From a virus (Duplodnaviria > Caudoviricetes): a DNA stretch of 64,000 nucleotides. Made by a program: the position numbers and the translations under genes. Shown piece after piece: positions 27,355 through 37,932 of the stretch; position 1 is the stretch's first letter, and every line of letters starts with the position of its first letter. A model generated the notes under the pieces. It worked only from the letters and a program-made list of their open reading frames with translations, was not told the DNA's origin and did no database searches. Location of the stretch: the IMG/VR virus record IMGVR_UViG_3300033752_000023, positions 2,391 to 66,390 of that record. The stretch is one strand, 5' to 3'.

Positions 27355-28212
27355 ATGATACCGATAGTCGAAGATTATTTAAGTGAATTGATACAAAGTA
27401 AGTTAGATTTTCTGAAAAGCAACCCAGACCGAATTGGTAACATATTATCAACTAGTCAGGCTAGGATTGACAGACTAAAAAACTTCATAGGGAATAACCC
27501 TATCAGGGTGATAAAGGGCTATCCTAGGACTCCTGCTGAATTACCTTGTATCTGTATATTATTGTCTGGGGAAAATGAAACGCAAGAAGGTCTAGGTGAT
27601 TATGATAATACAGATGAGTATGATATATTGGAAGCAACTGTTGAAGCTGAGGTCATTGATAAGGTAGGGGGCAGACTAGAAGTACCTTATATAGAGCTGC
27701 CGTATAAACCAGTAGTTAATGTGTCTAGTATTGTCCACAATGATTTCGGCACAGTACTACAAGATGATGACTACGAGATTTATAACCCTGATTTAGGGTT
27801 AGTGGGATTTTATACTGGAATGGTAGAAGATGGTGATACAGTTACAGTCACCTTTACTTACCGTAATTCCAGTACAGATTTAACCCAAGTGTTGTATGAG
27901 GCTAACTACAGACTGGAAATATGGGCTCTTAATGCAGATTTGGTTGTAGAGCTGTATCACCTAGTGAAATGGGCTCTACTATCCGGCAGGGACCATCTTG
28001 GTTCTGACAGAGATATTATTAGACAGAGATTAGGGGGAGCAGATTTTGAACCAGCCCCTAACTATTTCCCAGAATTTGTATACAGACGTGCCCTTACATT
28101 CTGGTGTCAATTCTCAGTATCAGCCCCATATGAGGAAGAAGCAAATTACATTGATGGAGTAGTAATAAATCAATTAGAATACAGAGGGGAATTTGGTGGA
28201 GGTGATAAGTGA
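27355..28212 (+). CDS. Tail completion / terminator-like protein
   Basis: Position before the sheath gene; GYPR.PAELPCICILL. Confidence 0.55.
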   Translation: MIPIVEDYLSELIQSKLDFLKSNPDRIGNILSTSQARIDRLKNFIGNNPIRVIKGYPRTPAELPCICILLSGENETQEGLGDYDNTDEYDILEATVEAEVIDKVGGRLEVPYIELPYKPVVNVSSIVHNDFGTVLQDDDYEIYNPDLGLVGFYTGMVEDGDTVTVTFTYRNSSTDLTQVLYEANYRLEIWALNADLVVELYHLVKWALLSGRDHLGSDRDIIRQRLGGADFEPAPNYFPEFVYRRALTFWCQFSVSAPYEEEANYIDGVVINQLEYRGEFGGGDK

Positions 28213-28445
28213 TGGCTAGAGACAATAAGCAAGCAAAACAGGAACTTAAACAGGAACTTAATGGTACTTCTAAAACCTTGACACCACGCATCCATATTAA
28301 TGAATTTATGATGTTACACTCAAACCTAGATGAGATGCAGAAAGCAGGATTCAAAGCGATATGTAAAAAAGAATGGATGCGTAAGGAAGAATGGCAAGAA
28401 CAATTAGATAAGTATTTGAACAAAAATAAGAGAGGTGTTAAATGA
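28209..28445 (+). CDS. Small hypothetical protein preceding the sheath gene
   Basis: Overlaps both neighbours (translational coupling). Confidence 0.65.
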   Translation: MMARDNKQAKQELKQELNGTSKTLTPRIHINEFMMLHSNLDEMQKAGFKAICKKEWMRKEEWQEQLDKYLNKNKRGVK

Positions 28446-30169
28446 TGGCTATTAATCAATATGGAGTAGTTTTTAATGGTCGTAGGATTGTACACCCTGG
28501 TGCTTATGACGCTACAGATGCTTCAGCCACTACGGTAGTAAGTGGTGGTAGTTTAAACATCCCTATAATCATTGGTACAGCAGAAGCAGGTGAATCCGGT
28601 AAAGTTATGTGGTTTACTGATGCTTCTGAGGTACACAGACAGTTACGTGGTGGGGACCTAGTTATTGCCGCTGAATTAATGTTCTCCCCTATACCTGAAG
28701 GTGGGGGTGGAGCTAGCGTTATAGGATTACTAGTAGCTAACTCTACACAACGTGCTGAAAAAACTGTAGGAGGATTGAAAATTCAATCTCTTGAATATGG
28801 TAACGGTGGAAACCGTATTCAAGCTAAATTGGAAGATGGCACTATTACAGGAACTAAAAAGCTCACTGTTCATCGTTGGGATACAGAGCAGTTAGAAGTA
28901 TTTGACAATTTGGGTGCAGCATTTGTAATTCAGTATACAGGCTCAGAGCCATATGCTGAAATCACAATTACAAGAACTTCTGAAGAAGCTACCTTATTGG
29001 AAACTAAAGTAGGTGCAGACCAGACTAGTGCTGTAACAGATGTGTCCTTAGACCTTACTAATGAACGCTTTTCTACTATTGAAGATATAGTTCAATACTT
29101 AAACAGCTTGTCTGGGTATGTTGTATCTTATGTGGATTATGGTAGAAATGCTGATTTACCTGTTAGCAAATTAGATGCTATATCTGGAGCAGATATTAAA
29201 ACAGCTAGGCATATGATGGCTGTAGAAGGGGACATTGAATTACAAGTAAATAAGTTTTCTGAGCTAGTCAATGTTACCGTTACAGGACCACTATCTAACT
29301 TTGATTTCACTTACTTGACTGGTGGTTCTGCTGGTACTACTCCTTCTAGTTGGTCTGCTCATTTTAATGTAGTTAAGAAGCACTTTTCTGATATTCTAGT
29401 GGTATTGAGTGACTCTGAAGCTATTCATGCAGAAGCACTAACCCACATACAACAAATGGAGCTACGTCAGCAAAAACAAATGCTATTTACTGGTGGTGCT
29501 GTTGGAGAAACGGTAGCAACAGTAAAACAACGTGCTGCTGCTCTAAATAGTTCTCGTGCAGTACTAGCATATCCTGGAATTTACCATAAGAGTGTTGGGA
29601 ATGGTAAGAAAGTCTTAGCCCCTTACTTTACTGCTGCTATGATAGCAGGACGTGTATGCGGGGTAGATGCTTCTGAACCTATCACATTTGATTATTTCAA
29701 CCTAGTAGGTCTAGAGGTAGACTTATTAGCAGGTGACCCAGTAATTGACGAGCTCATATCGGCTGGAGTATGTACTCTTGAAAGAGTGGAAAATGATGCT
29801 ATACGATTGGTACAAGGTATTACAACATATCTGGGACCGAATAACTCATTATTCCGTGAGATTTCTGTAAGACGTGGTGCTGATAAATTGTCAGATACTA
29901 TGCGTAGGTCTATGGAGGATACTTTTGTAGGAAAGAAAGGTTTGCGAGCTACTGCATCAGCAGTAGAAACTAAGGCTATTGATGTCTTAGAGCAAGCTAT
30001 AAGAGATGGAGATATTACAGCCTACAGAAACATAGTCGTACGTTTTGTAGGTTCAGTTGTGTATGTAGATTATGAAGTAGCTATGGTTGAGCCTATCAAC
30101 TTTGTACTAATAACATCTCACTTTGTACCAGATTCTATTATAAGTACAACAAGTGAGGAAGAAATCTAA
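28442..30169 (+). CDS. Tail sheath protein
   Basis: FNG..IVHPGAY N-terminus, PYFTAAMIAG, LVQGITT, EISV.RG.D, VEPINFVLIT. Confidence 0.93.
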   Translation: MMAINQYGVVFNGRRIVHPGAYDATDASATTVVSGGSLNIPIIIGTAEAGESGKVMWFTDASEVHRQLRGGDLVIAAELMFSPIPEGGGGASVIGLLVANSTQRAEKTVGGLKIQSLEYGNGGNRIQAKLEDGTITGTKKLTVHRWDTEQLEVFDNLGAAFVIQYTGSEPYAEITITRTSEEATLLETKVGADQTSAVTDVSLDLTNERFSTIEDIVQYLNSLSGYVVSYVDYGRNADLPVSKLDAISGADIKTARHMMAVEGDIELQVNKFSELVNVTVTGPLSNFDFTYLTGGSAGTTPSSWSAHFNVVKKHFSDILVVLSDSEAIHAEALTHIQQMELRQQKQMLFTGGAVGETVATVKQRAAALNSSRAVLAYPGIYHKSVGNGKKVLAPYFTAAMIAGRVCGVDASEPITFDYFNLVGLEVDLLAGDPVIDELISAGVCTLERVENDAIRLVQGITTYLGPNNSLFREISVRRGADKLSDTMRRSMEDTFVGKKGLRATASAVETKAIDVLEQAIRDGDITAYRNIVVRFVGSVVYVDYEVAMVEPINFVLITSHFVPDSIISTTSEEEI

Positions 30170-30185
30170 TCGGAGGTGACCACAA

Positions 30186-30599
30186 ATGACTACAGCCGCT
30201 AAACAATCCGTACATTCCGGTCACACCATTAATATCCGTATAGGTGCTACAATTGTAGGACGTGTACAGGGTCTTGATGGTGAGCGTTCTTTCGGTACAG
30301 AAGGTGTATATGAAATTGGTTCCATCATGCCGCAGGAGCATGTTCAAAACCGATATGAAGGTACCTTATCTATGGAACGGTTCTTCGTTCGTAATAAGGA
30401 TCTAGCTAAAGCTGGATATGCTTCTGTAGGTGAGGAAGTACTTAAAAAAGATATTATCACTATAGAAGTTGTAGATAAATACACAGGAAAAGTAGTACGT
30501 TCTTATCATGGTTGTAGTATTGTTAGCTATCGTGAGACATTCCGGGTTAACTCTATTGCAGGGGAAAATGCTACTTGGTCATATTTATATGCTAAGTAA
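30186..30599 (+). CDS. Tail tube protein
   Basis: Follows the sheath gene; GVYEIGSIMPQEHV motif; 137 aa. Confidence 0.9.
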   Translation: MTTAAKQSVHSGHTINIRIGATIVGRVQGLDGERSFGTEGVYEIGSIMPQEHVQNRYEGTLSMERFFVRNKDLAKAGYASVGEEVLKKDIITIEVVDKYTGKVVRSYHGCSIVSYRETFRVNSIAGENATWSYLYAK

Positions 30600-30687
30600 T
30601 TGAGTCTCATATATAGGTCATGGGTATTTTTAAAATCACCCATGACCCTATTTTATTTATGAGTAAACTTATAGAGGAGGAATTGCA

Positions 30688-31122
30688 ATGACAGAGATTA
30701 AACCAGAAGTACTGAAAACATTACGTTCAGAGGATACTTTACTGAAGATTAAACAAGGCAAGCGTAGAACTCATACATTCAAGGTAGATTTCAGTGAAAT
30801 CAATGAGAAATTCGTAGGTACATTTACAGTACACCATCCATCACAAATGGAACGTTTACAAGTTGGTGTTCTAAAAGCTCAATTATTAGGCGGTGTAGCA
30901 CCACTTGACGTGATGACAGATAATATTGCTACTATAATTTCTACTTTAGATGTAGTACTTGATGATAAACCAGACTGGTTTGATGTATTTGATGATGAAC
31001 TGGACTATGAAATCTTGGAAGCTGTGTATTTAGAATACATTAATTGGGTGAATTCCTTTCGTAAAGGAACTGGAACAGAATCCAATAAAGGAACTAGCGA
31101 AAACTCCGAGAGCCAGGTTTGA
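30688..31122 (+). CDS. Tail assembly chaperone (short form)
   Basis: Lies between tube and tape measure genes; ATL.V..D.KPDWF; ends NSFRK... Confidence 0.8.
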   Translation: MTEIKPEVLKTLRSEDTLLKIKQGKRRTHTFKVDFSEINEKFVGTFTVHHPSQMERLQVGVLKAQLLGGVAPLDVMTDNIATIISTLDVVLDDKPDWFDVFDDELDYEILEAVYLEYINWVNSFRKGTGTESNKGTSENSESQV

Positions 31123-31495
31123 GTGGTGGGTACAGACCTATTTTAGGGTCCTACCTACTGACCCACGCTTCTTAGACTTAACTGAAGAACAGTTAGACCT
31201 TATGTGGGAGCACTACTTACTAGACAACCCTCCTGCTAATCAGCCTACATATCATGACCCGGACTATGATAAAGAAGCAGGGGAAGATGGTAGACTACCA
31301 CTAGCAGACCATGAGCATTTTGAGGACCCTGATTTTGATGCTGTTTGGAACGTAACAGATGATGAGGAACTTGATAGCGGAATTATAGGCGAAAATCCTT
31401 CCGAAGAAGGTTTTGAGAGAATTGGAGACGAGGAAATTGAGGATACAGAAGTGGATATAGACTTAGATAATGAAGACGAGTGGGAGGAGGTGTAA
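31052..31495 (+). CDS. +1-frame extension of the tail assembly chaperone (probable frameshift product; the ORF track shows only 31202-31495)
   Basis: The +1 frame is open from 31052 (after TGA 31049-31051): FVKELEQNPIKELAKTPRARFEWWVQTYFRVLPTDPRFLDLTEEQ...; TCC TTT CGT at 31054-31062; no clear RBS before ATG 31202. Confidence 0.7.
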   Translation: MPFVKELEQNPIKELAKTPRARFEWWVQTYFRVLPTDPRFLDLTEEQLDLMWEHYLLDNPPANQPTYHDPDYDKEAGEDGRLPLADHEHFEDPDFDAVWNVTDDEELDSGIIGENPSEEGFERIGDEEIEDTEVDIDLDNEDEWEEV

Positions 31496-31498
31496 GGC

Positions 31499-34105
31499 AT
31501 GGCGTCTAACAACAATGTGAGAATCAAACTCAGTGCTGATACAAAGGAAGCTATACGAAGCGTACGTGAGTTTGAGAGACAAGTAAATAAGCTCGGTGAT
31601 TTAGCTGATCAGGGTCAGCGCAGACAAGACGGATTTTTATCTAGTAGGCAGGTACAGATGTATAGGAGAATCCTTAAAGAAATGGAGAACTCCTATGCAC
31701 AACACCAAAAGAACTTGCAAAGGATAGAAGCCGAGTACCAAAATCGTAAAAACAGCAAGGAACTTGAAGAACTTAAGAGATTAGAGCGGGAGCTAGAAAA
31801 ACGTCAGCGGCTATTACGTCATGCTGAAGGTGGCAATAGGTGGGGAGATGTGGCTAGCCCTGTGGTGCAAGAATATCACAGGACTAAACTAGAAGAAGCC
31901 CAGAAAGCCTTAGACGCATATAAAAACTCTGATGAGTTAAAGAAAGCTATGGCTGACGTGACCCAGCTAGAATCTGAACTTAATGTAATGCGATCTACTT
32001 TACAACAGCTACAAGCCGAACGTCAGCGTGCACAAATTCATAGTAACCGCATAGATCAAATGTATGAGATGGACCCTACTATGCGCAGATATATGAATGG
32101 TGTTGTGCAGACAGTAGGCTCTACTGGTGCCATCATAGGTTTTAATAAATACTGGGAATACACAATGGGTGGTATAGACATCCTTAGAGCACAAGAAAGA
32201 GAAGCTAGTGCAGTTGCTCTAAGGTCTGGTGCTTACACTGGTGTAGACGGGGCTGATGGTGAACATAGGAGGGCTATATACAATTTAGGTGAGCAAAATA
32301 ACTATGATACTCTACAGACTGCCGCATTACAAAGATTAATACTAACAGGTGGAACGTCAAGCGACCTTGATGCTCTGAATAAGGATACATTTGCTATTCA
32401 GAGGTTTAGTAGAGCTTATGCAATGGATCCTATGCAACTGGCTTCAGCAGGTTCTCTATTGCAACGTATGGGGACTTTAGATGAAGGGCAACAACAGAGA
32501 TTTGCTAATATGATTGCAGGTGCCATAGCTAAAAATGGTATGCGTGGTCGTGAAGAGGAAATGCTGAGGGCTACAATATCCTTAGCTGAATCAGTAAGCC
32601 AGGGGCAAGCTATATTTACCCAACAGCAGTTGAAAAACACAATGGGGTTACAGGTGGCATTAGGTCAGTCTGTACCAGAACTTAGAGGTGAACGAGGAGC
32701 CCAATTGTTATCTACTATAGATAGCTCTATCAAAAATGGTGGTCCTCAATTAGACTTATTGATGGGTAAGGGTACTGAATTTGTTGGCTTGCATGGCATG
32801 ACCAAGCTAGAAGAACTTAAAGAACAGGGTCTATCTAACCCAGAAAACTTACAACGGATACTCAAAAATGCTAACCGTATGTTCGGTGGTAATGAGGATA
32901 TGATTAAATGGGCTCTTAAAGAGCAACTAGGATTACAGATGAACGAGTACAACGCTCTTAAAAAATCTGGGTTATTGGATAAGATTATGGAGGACCCTTA
33001 CTCTGTTACATCGGCAGACCTATCAAAGGCTGGTGCTAAGGAATTAGCAAAACAGTGGGGGACTTATTCATCCTCTGAAACTGCTAAGGTGGACTATTTA
33101 GATTCTCAATCCTCAAACCTACAAGCTAGCCATGCACAACTAGCTGATGAAGCCGCTAAAAGTTCTAGGGGTATATGGCATGGCATGCCAGACTGGATGC
33201 AACATGCTCTATTACCTCTGGTATCCCTTGGTGGGGGTTTGGCTATAGGCTGGAAAGGTGGTCTTTTACTTAGAAAGGCTGCTAATGCAGTTACTAAACG
33301 CATCAACCCCAACATCAGTGGTCAAGGCGGTATAGCTAATTGGCTGTCTAGCAAGTTTAAGGGCGGTGGTGGCGGTACTCCTCCTACTCCTCCTACTGTA
33401 CCACCTGCGGGTGGTGGCGGATTCAGAGGTGCAATAGGTCAAGTATTAAAAGGTTGGGGTAAAGCAGTTCCTCTAGCAGGCGGTGCTCTGACCGTTGCTG
33501 TAGACCAAGCTACGACTGATAACAACTTTGGTAGAAGTATTGCTAAAGGTGTAGGTAGTGCCATAGGTAATGTGCTGGGAGCCGCAGGTGGTATAGCTTT
33601 AGGCTTCGGAACAGGTGGGTTAGGTGTAGCTGCTACTGGTGGTATGACTATTGGTGGCGGTATGATAGGTGAGAAGGTAGGAGATTGGATTTACAGTTTA
33701 TTTGCTGGGGATGAGGATAAGCAACCTAAGAAAGTACCTACCCCAGACAGTTCTTCTAGTGCTGGGGATAAGCAATCTAAGAAAGTACCTACCGAAAACA
33801 GCTCTTCTAGTGCTGGGGCTGTTGCAGTTGGTAGTATTAATACCGATAGGATTAACATAAATAATAAAGACCTTGCTAGCTACTTTGAAAAGCAGCCCTC
33901 TCGTAAAGATGTGTCCCAGTCTACTAGCTCTTCTAGTAAGGAGCAAGTCATTAGGATAATAATTGAGGGCGACATCAAAGGTATGGATAAGAAGAACCAA
34001 GATAAGGTTACTAACTCTATTAGAGACTACTTCTCCATCTTATCCAGCCCTTTCAATCCATTTAGATACAACCTGGCTTTTGACCAATCCAGACAGCTAG
34101 GATAA
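31499..34105 (+). CDS. Tape measure protein
   Basis: Follows the chaperone; helical N-terminus, Gly/Ala-rich hydrophobic C-terminal part. Confidence 0.8.
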   Translation: MASNNNVRIKLSADTKEAIRSVREFERQVNKLGDLADQGQRRQDGFLSSRQVQMYRRILKEMENSYAQHQKNLQRIEAEYQNRKNSKELEELKRLERELEKRQRLLRHAEGGNRWGDVASPVVQEYHRTKLEEAQKALDAYKNSDELKKAMADVTQLESELNVMRSTLQQLQAERQRAQIHSNRIDQMYEMDPTMRRYMNGVVQTVGSTGAIIGFNKYWEYTMGGIDILRAQEREASAVALRSGAYTGVDGADGEHRRAIYNLGEQNNYDTLQTAALQRLILTGGTSSDLDALNKDTFAIQRFSRAYAMDPMQLASAGSLLQRMGTLDEGQQQRFANMIAGAIAKNGMRGREEEMLRATISLAESVSQGQAIFTQQQLKNTMGLQVALGQSVPELRGERGAQLLSTIDSSIKNGGPQLDLLMGKGTEFVGLHGMTKLEELKEQGLSNPENLQRILKNANRMFGGNEDMIKWALKEQLGLQMNEYNALKKSGLLDKIMEDPYSVTSADLSKAGAKELAKQWGTYSSSETAKVDYLDSQSSNLQASHAQLADEAAKSSRGIWHGMPDWMQHALLPLVSLGGGLAIGWKGGLLLRKAANAVTKRINPNISGQGGIANWLSSKFKGGGGGTPPTPPTVPPAGGGGFRGAIGQVLKGWGKAVPLAGGALTVAVDQATTDNNFGRSIAKGVGSAIGNVLGAAGGIALGFGTGGLGVAATGGMTIGGGMIGEKVGDWIYSLFAGDEDKQPKKVPTPDSSSSAGDKQSKKVPTENSSSSAGAVAVGSINTDRININNKDLASYFEKQPSRKDVSQSTSSSSKEQVIRIIIEGDIKGMDKKNQDKVTNSIRDYFSILSSPFNPFRYNLAFDQSRQLG
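33716..33817 (+). repeat. 51-bp tandem duplication in the tape measure C-terminus
   Basis: DKQPKKVPTPDSSSSAG / DKQSKKVPTENSSSSAG. Confidence 0.9.
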
Positions 34106-34116
34106 GAGGTGGTATT

Positions 34117-36282
34117 ATGAATGTAGAATTATACCGTCCTAGAGCTAATGTAGTATTCTATACTGAAAATGGGGAGTTAGTGGCAAGAGCCACTAACGAC
34201 CCTAAATCAGCTATGGATGATGACGTGGTTAGCATAACCACTACCAGGGATATGCAAGCAGACTCCCCTACGTTCTCCATAGAACTAACTACTAGAAAGC
34301 CTTGGCATAAATGGGTAGCTTCCAATGATTTAGTCATTATACAAATGTATAGACCACCGGAAGCCTTAGCTACAGTATTCGTAGGACTAGTAGATGACTG
34401 TCGTAAAAGAGTTATAGTTGCTGATAATACTGTTCAAAGGGTCATCTCTGTAGTTGGTAGGGGTGTAGCTAAAGCATTTATTAGATTTGATGTGGGAATA
34501 GTACCGGAAGCGGAATATGCGTCTACATCAGTAGGCTGGCTGGAGTCAGCAGGTATCACTCTTGCAGGCTCCGCTCCTGGCAGAATAGTTGAAGCTATAT
34601 GGGATATTATATGTATGAAGCACATAAATTATAAATGGAGCAACGGAAAAACTTTATTTGATTATGTAAAGAAATCTGTTAAGGACAGACCTAACCTCAA
34701 GCTACTAGATTCCTCCAATATAATGAACTGGCAAGGTAGTATCTATGCACTATTTAAAGAAGTAGCTGAAGAGCCTTTCTATGAAGTGTTTTGGGAAATA
34801 CTAGGTGGGCTCCCAACTCTTGTAGTTAGACCTACACCTTTCAATAAGACTGACTGGGATAATTTGACTGTCATAAAAATAACAGATGCCGATGTGGTTT
34901 CCGATGAAGTTGGTAGAAGTGACGTAGAAACATACAGTATCTTCTCTGTTGGTGCTAAGACCCTATTTAGCCCCCACGACACGTATAAAACCTTTGGAGT
35001 ACTACCTTACTGGAATAAAGAGTATGCTAAAAAGTATGGTAACTCTAGGTTACATGTTGAAACATCCTACACTTCAGTATCTAGCAGTGAAGATGTAGAA
35101 TTGCAAACTGACACTATGCGGGAATTAATGAGGGACCTATATAATTGGAATATTAAGAACAATTCCATGCTTAATGGTAATTTAGTTGTCAAAGGTTCCA
35201 ATAAATATAAAGTAGGAACCAGAATTATATATACATCTACAGAAAACAATAGCGAAAATGAATTCTATGTAACCTCAGTTACACATACATTTGTTAATTT
35301 CGGTAAATATACAACCACCCTAGGAGTAACTAGAGGATTACCTCCGAAAGAGAGATTTACACCTCCTTGGGATAAATATGAAGAATACTCTGGTTTAGGT
35401 ATAGTACCATTTGATCCTAAAGCTGCTAAAGAAGCTATGGAATTAGAAGGTGGTGTTGGAGGTGATGGTTTATCTGGAGTAGACTTTGGTACATCAAACA
35501 GAGTTGTATCTGGGGCTAAAGAAATAATGGAGAAAGGTATAAATGGGGTTAAAGTTAGGTATATTTTTGGAGGAAATGACCCATCTAGAGGTAGGCTAGA
35601 TTGTTCGTCTTTCACTCAATATGTATACAGAACGTATGCTGGAATAGATATAGGTAGGGTTACAGGTGAACAGGTTACAAAAGGTTTTAAAATTGATAAA
35701 AGTCAATTAGTGCCTGGTGACTTAGTATTTTTTAAGGGGACTTACAACAGTCCTCACATATATGGAGTTTCTCACGTAGGAATCTATATAGGTGATGGTA
35801 AATTTATTCATAATTCTAGTGGGGCAGGTGGTGTAACTACAGGGGATCTAAGTAGCTCTTACTGGGTTGATCATTGGTTAATGGGCAGAAGGGTACTAAC
35901 TGGAGGTCAATCTAGTGGAGGTTCGGGAGAAACTTTTATAGCAAGTGCATATGGGGCTACTGCTCTTAACTTAGGAGCCCCTAGTTGGTGGACTCCTACT
36001 GGAAAAACAGCTATAGGCACAAGACCTGTGGAAGGTAGAACTATAGCAGTTGACCCTAAAGTAATACCACTTTATAGTAAAGTTAGAATAACATGTGATA
36101 GCTATCCTAGTGTTAACGGAGAATATATTGCAGAAGATACAGGAGGAGCTATTAAAGGTAAAAGAATAGACATCTACTTTGATGATCTTCCTCCTAAAGA
36201 CCCTCATGCGGCTAGAAAACGTATGTTAAATTTTGGTAAGAGAGAAGTTAAAGTTACAATACTAAAAAGAGGTAAGGGGTGA
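34117..36282 (+). CDS. Baseplate hub / tail lysin with NlpC/P60 peptidase and 3D domains
   Basis: YIFGG..LDCSSFTQYVY..PGDLVFF..HVGIYIGDGKFIH; IAVDPKVIPL..AEDTGGAIKGKRIDIYF. Confidence 0.9.
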   Translation: MNVELYRPRANVVFYTENGELVARATNDPKSAMDDDVVSITTTRDMQADSPTFSIELTTRKPWHKWVASNDLVIIQMYRPPEALATVFVGLVDDCRKRVIVADNTVQRVISVVGRGVAKAFIRFDVGIVPEAEYASTSVGWLESAGITLAGSAPGRIVEAIWDIICMKHINYKWSNGKTLFDYVKKSVKDRPNLKLLDSSNIMNWQGSIYALFKEVAEEPFYEVFWEILGGLPTLVVRPTPFNKTDWDNLTVIKITDADVVSDEVGRSDVETYSIFSVGAKTLFSPHDTYKTFGVLPYWNKEYAKKYGNSRLHVETSYTSVSSSEDVELQTDTMRELMRDLYNWNIKNNSMLNGNLVVKGSNKYKVGTRIIYTSTENNSENEFYVTSVTHTFVNFGKYTTTLGVTRGLPPKERFTPPWDKYEEYSGLGIVPFDPKAAKEAMELEGGVGGDGLSGVDFGTSNRVVSGAKEIMEKGINGVKVRYIFGGNDPSRGRLDCSSFTQYVYRTYAGIDIGRVTGEQVTKGFKIDKSQLVPGDLVFFKGTYNSPHIYGVSHVGIYIGDGKFIHNSSGAGGVTTGDLSSSYWVDHWLMGRRVLTGGQSSGGSGETFIASAYGATALNLGAPSWWTPTGKTAIGTRPVEGRTIAVDPKVIPLYSKVRITCDSYPSVNGEYIAEDTGGAIKGKRIDIYFDDLPPKDPHAARKRMLNFGKREVKVTILKRGKG

Positions 36283-36288
36283 TGACCA

Positions 36289-37401
36289 ATGGAACTGGAT
36301 GCTAGGTTACAACCTCATTTAGGTAGGGTCAAGAATAACTATAAACCACACCTGGATTTTAACATGATCGCTGTAGCTAAAATTATAAAGGTCCATCATA
36401 AGCATGGTACAGTAGATTTACAGTTAATAAAATCCAATAACGTTATTTCTTCTGATCCATCTAATGAAGGTAAATATGGTGCTAGAATACTAACTACTAC
36501 AGCCCATTATGACCCAGTTCTAATGTCATCTTCCGGTGTAGTCGAACCTATTCAAGAAGGTCAATTGGTGCTGGTAGCCTTCATAGATGGGTTAAAAAAC
36601 CAGCCTGTAATTCTAGGTAGTTTTCACCAAACATGGGAAAGTGAGCAAAACATCTTACCCAGTATATATCCTTTGAACCCAAATAATTCTATGTGGGAGA
36701 AGAGGGAAGCCCTTAAATATCTAAGGGTACACCCTTCCCAATTCTATCAAAGGGTAGATGGAATTGGTGCTATGGAGATGTCCCACCCTTCTAAGACATT
36801 CTTGCAGATAGACCCAGACCTGTATGGGGAGATAAGTGACAGTCATAAGGGTTATGACCATATAAATCTTAATGAAAGAGACCCCTATACAGGTCAATCT
36901 AGGTCTGCTAGGACAGAAGAGTCAGCCTATCCAGTAAATGTGTTATTCGTTCATCGCAGCAATTTTGATGATAGTATGACTACTTGGACTAAGTTCTTCA
37001 TAAACTCTTCCGGTATGTTTAGGCTGACAAGGGACAACAATGATGGCACACTATCATACTTACAAATATCCGAAAACGGAGAAATGATATTAAGAAGGCA
37101 GACTGATAGCCCTAATCATGGGGAAGGAGAAAACTACTCTGAAATGTCTATTGGTCAAGATGGCACAATAGCAATGAGCAGAGTAGTTGATGGTAAAAGC
37201 TCCAGTATAGCTGTAGATGGGTATGGGGATATTATATTGTCCCATAAAGACGGGTCCTATGTAAAATTGACTCCAGATGGTATGATAAGTGAAGGACCAG
37301 ATGGTACTGGTGAAGGAATAGGAATTACTGTATCAGCTGTACAACCAGAAGATGTACCAGATGGTCACCTCTGGATAGATATTAGTGATATAAAGGGGTG
37401 A
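36289..37401 (+). CDS. Baseplate central spike-like protein (OB-fold plus beta-rich C-terminus)
   Basis: Position; GQLVLVAFIDG..PVILG; repeated short beta segments. Confidence 0.6.
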   Translation: MELDARLQPHLGRVKNNYKPHLDFNMIAVAKIIKVHHKHGTVDLQLIKSNNVISSDPSNEGKYGARILTTTAHYDPVLMSSSGVVEPIQEGQLVLVAFIDGLKNQPVILGSFHQTWESEQNILPSIYPLNPNNSMWEKREALKYLRVHPSQFYQRVDGIGAMEMSHPSKTFLQIDPDLYGEISDSHKGYDHINLNERDPYTGQSRSARTEESAYPVNVLFVHRSNFDDSMTTWTKFFINSSGMFRLTRDNNDGTLSYLQISENGEMILRRQTDSPNHGEGENYSEMSIGQDGTIAMSRVVDGKSSSIAVDGYGDIILSHKDGSYVKLTPDGMISEGPDGTGEGIGITVSAVQPEDVPDGHLWIDISDIKG

Positions 37402-37407
37402 TAGGTC

Positions 37408-37932
37408 ATGGCAAATAATCAGTCCGATGGTAAAAACAAACTAAAACGTATAGAATTTGTCTTCGCTGGCAAGTCCTATAAATTTATACTTAACCCTGAA
37501 GAGTACCAACAAACAGAACCCAATAGAGCTAATGTCACCCAAACTAAGGCAGGGGCTTGGATAGATGAATTTGGTGCAGGGGTGCCTACAATACAATTTA
37601 AGGGTACTACTGGATTTAAGAATGGAACATCGGACCCTACTAAAGGATTCCAAAAGTTCAAAGAGCTTAGAGATACTATAAGGAAGGTATACAACAGGGT
37701 GTCCCCAGGGTCTGTAGTACCTTCCTCTAAGGAACTACTGTTTTATAACTACACTGATGGGGAATACTGGGTAGTAACCCCCACAACATTTGAACTAATG
37801 AGATCAATAGCTAGACCAACATTGTATGCTTACAATGTACATCTTATATGTCAAAGACGTATTTCTAACCCTAACGCCTCAGATGTATCTTCAAATAAGT
37901 CAATAACTAAAGCTAGGAGGTTAGACAAATGA
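37408..37932 (+). CDS. Baseplate / tube-initiator-like protein
   Basis: F.LNPEEY..TQTKAGAWIDEFG; position. Confidence 0.6.
   Translation: MANNQSDGKNKLKRIEFVFAGKSYKFILNPEEYQQTEPNRANVTQTKAGAWIDEFGAGVPTIQFKGTTGFKNGTSDPTKGFQKFKELRDTIRKVYNRVSPGSVVPSSKELLFYNYTDGEYWVVTPTTFELMRSIARPTLYAYNVHLICQRRISNPNASDVSSNKSITKARRLDK

Noticed and set aside
31202-31495. Independent 97-aa gene starting at ATG 31202
   Set aside because: No clear RBS, and the frame is open with protein-like sequence back to 31052; a frameshift extension fits better.
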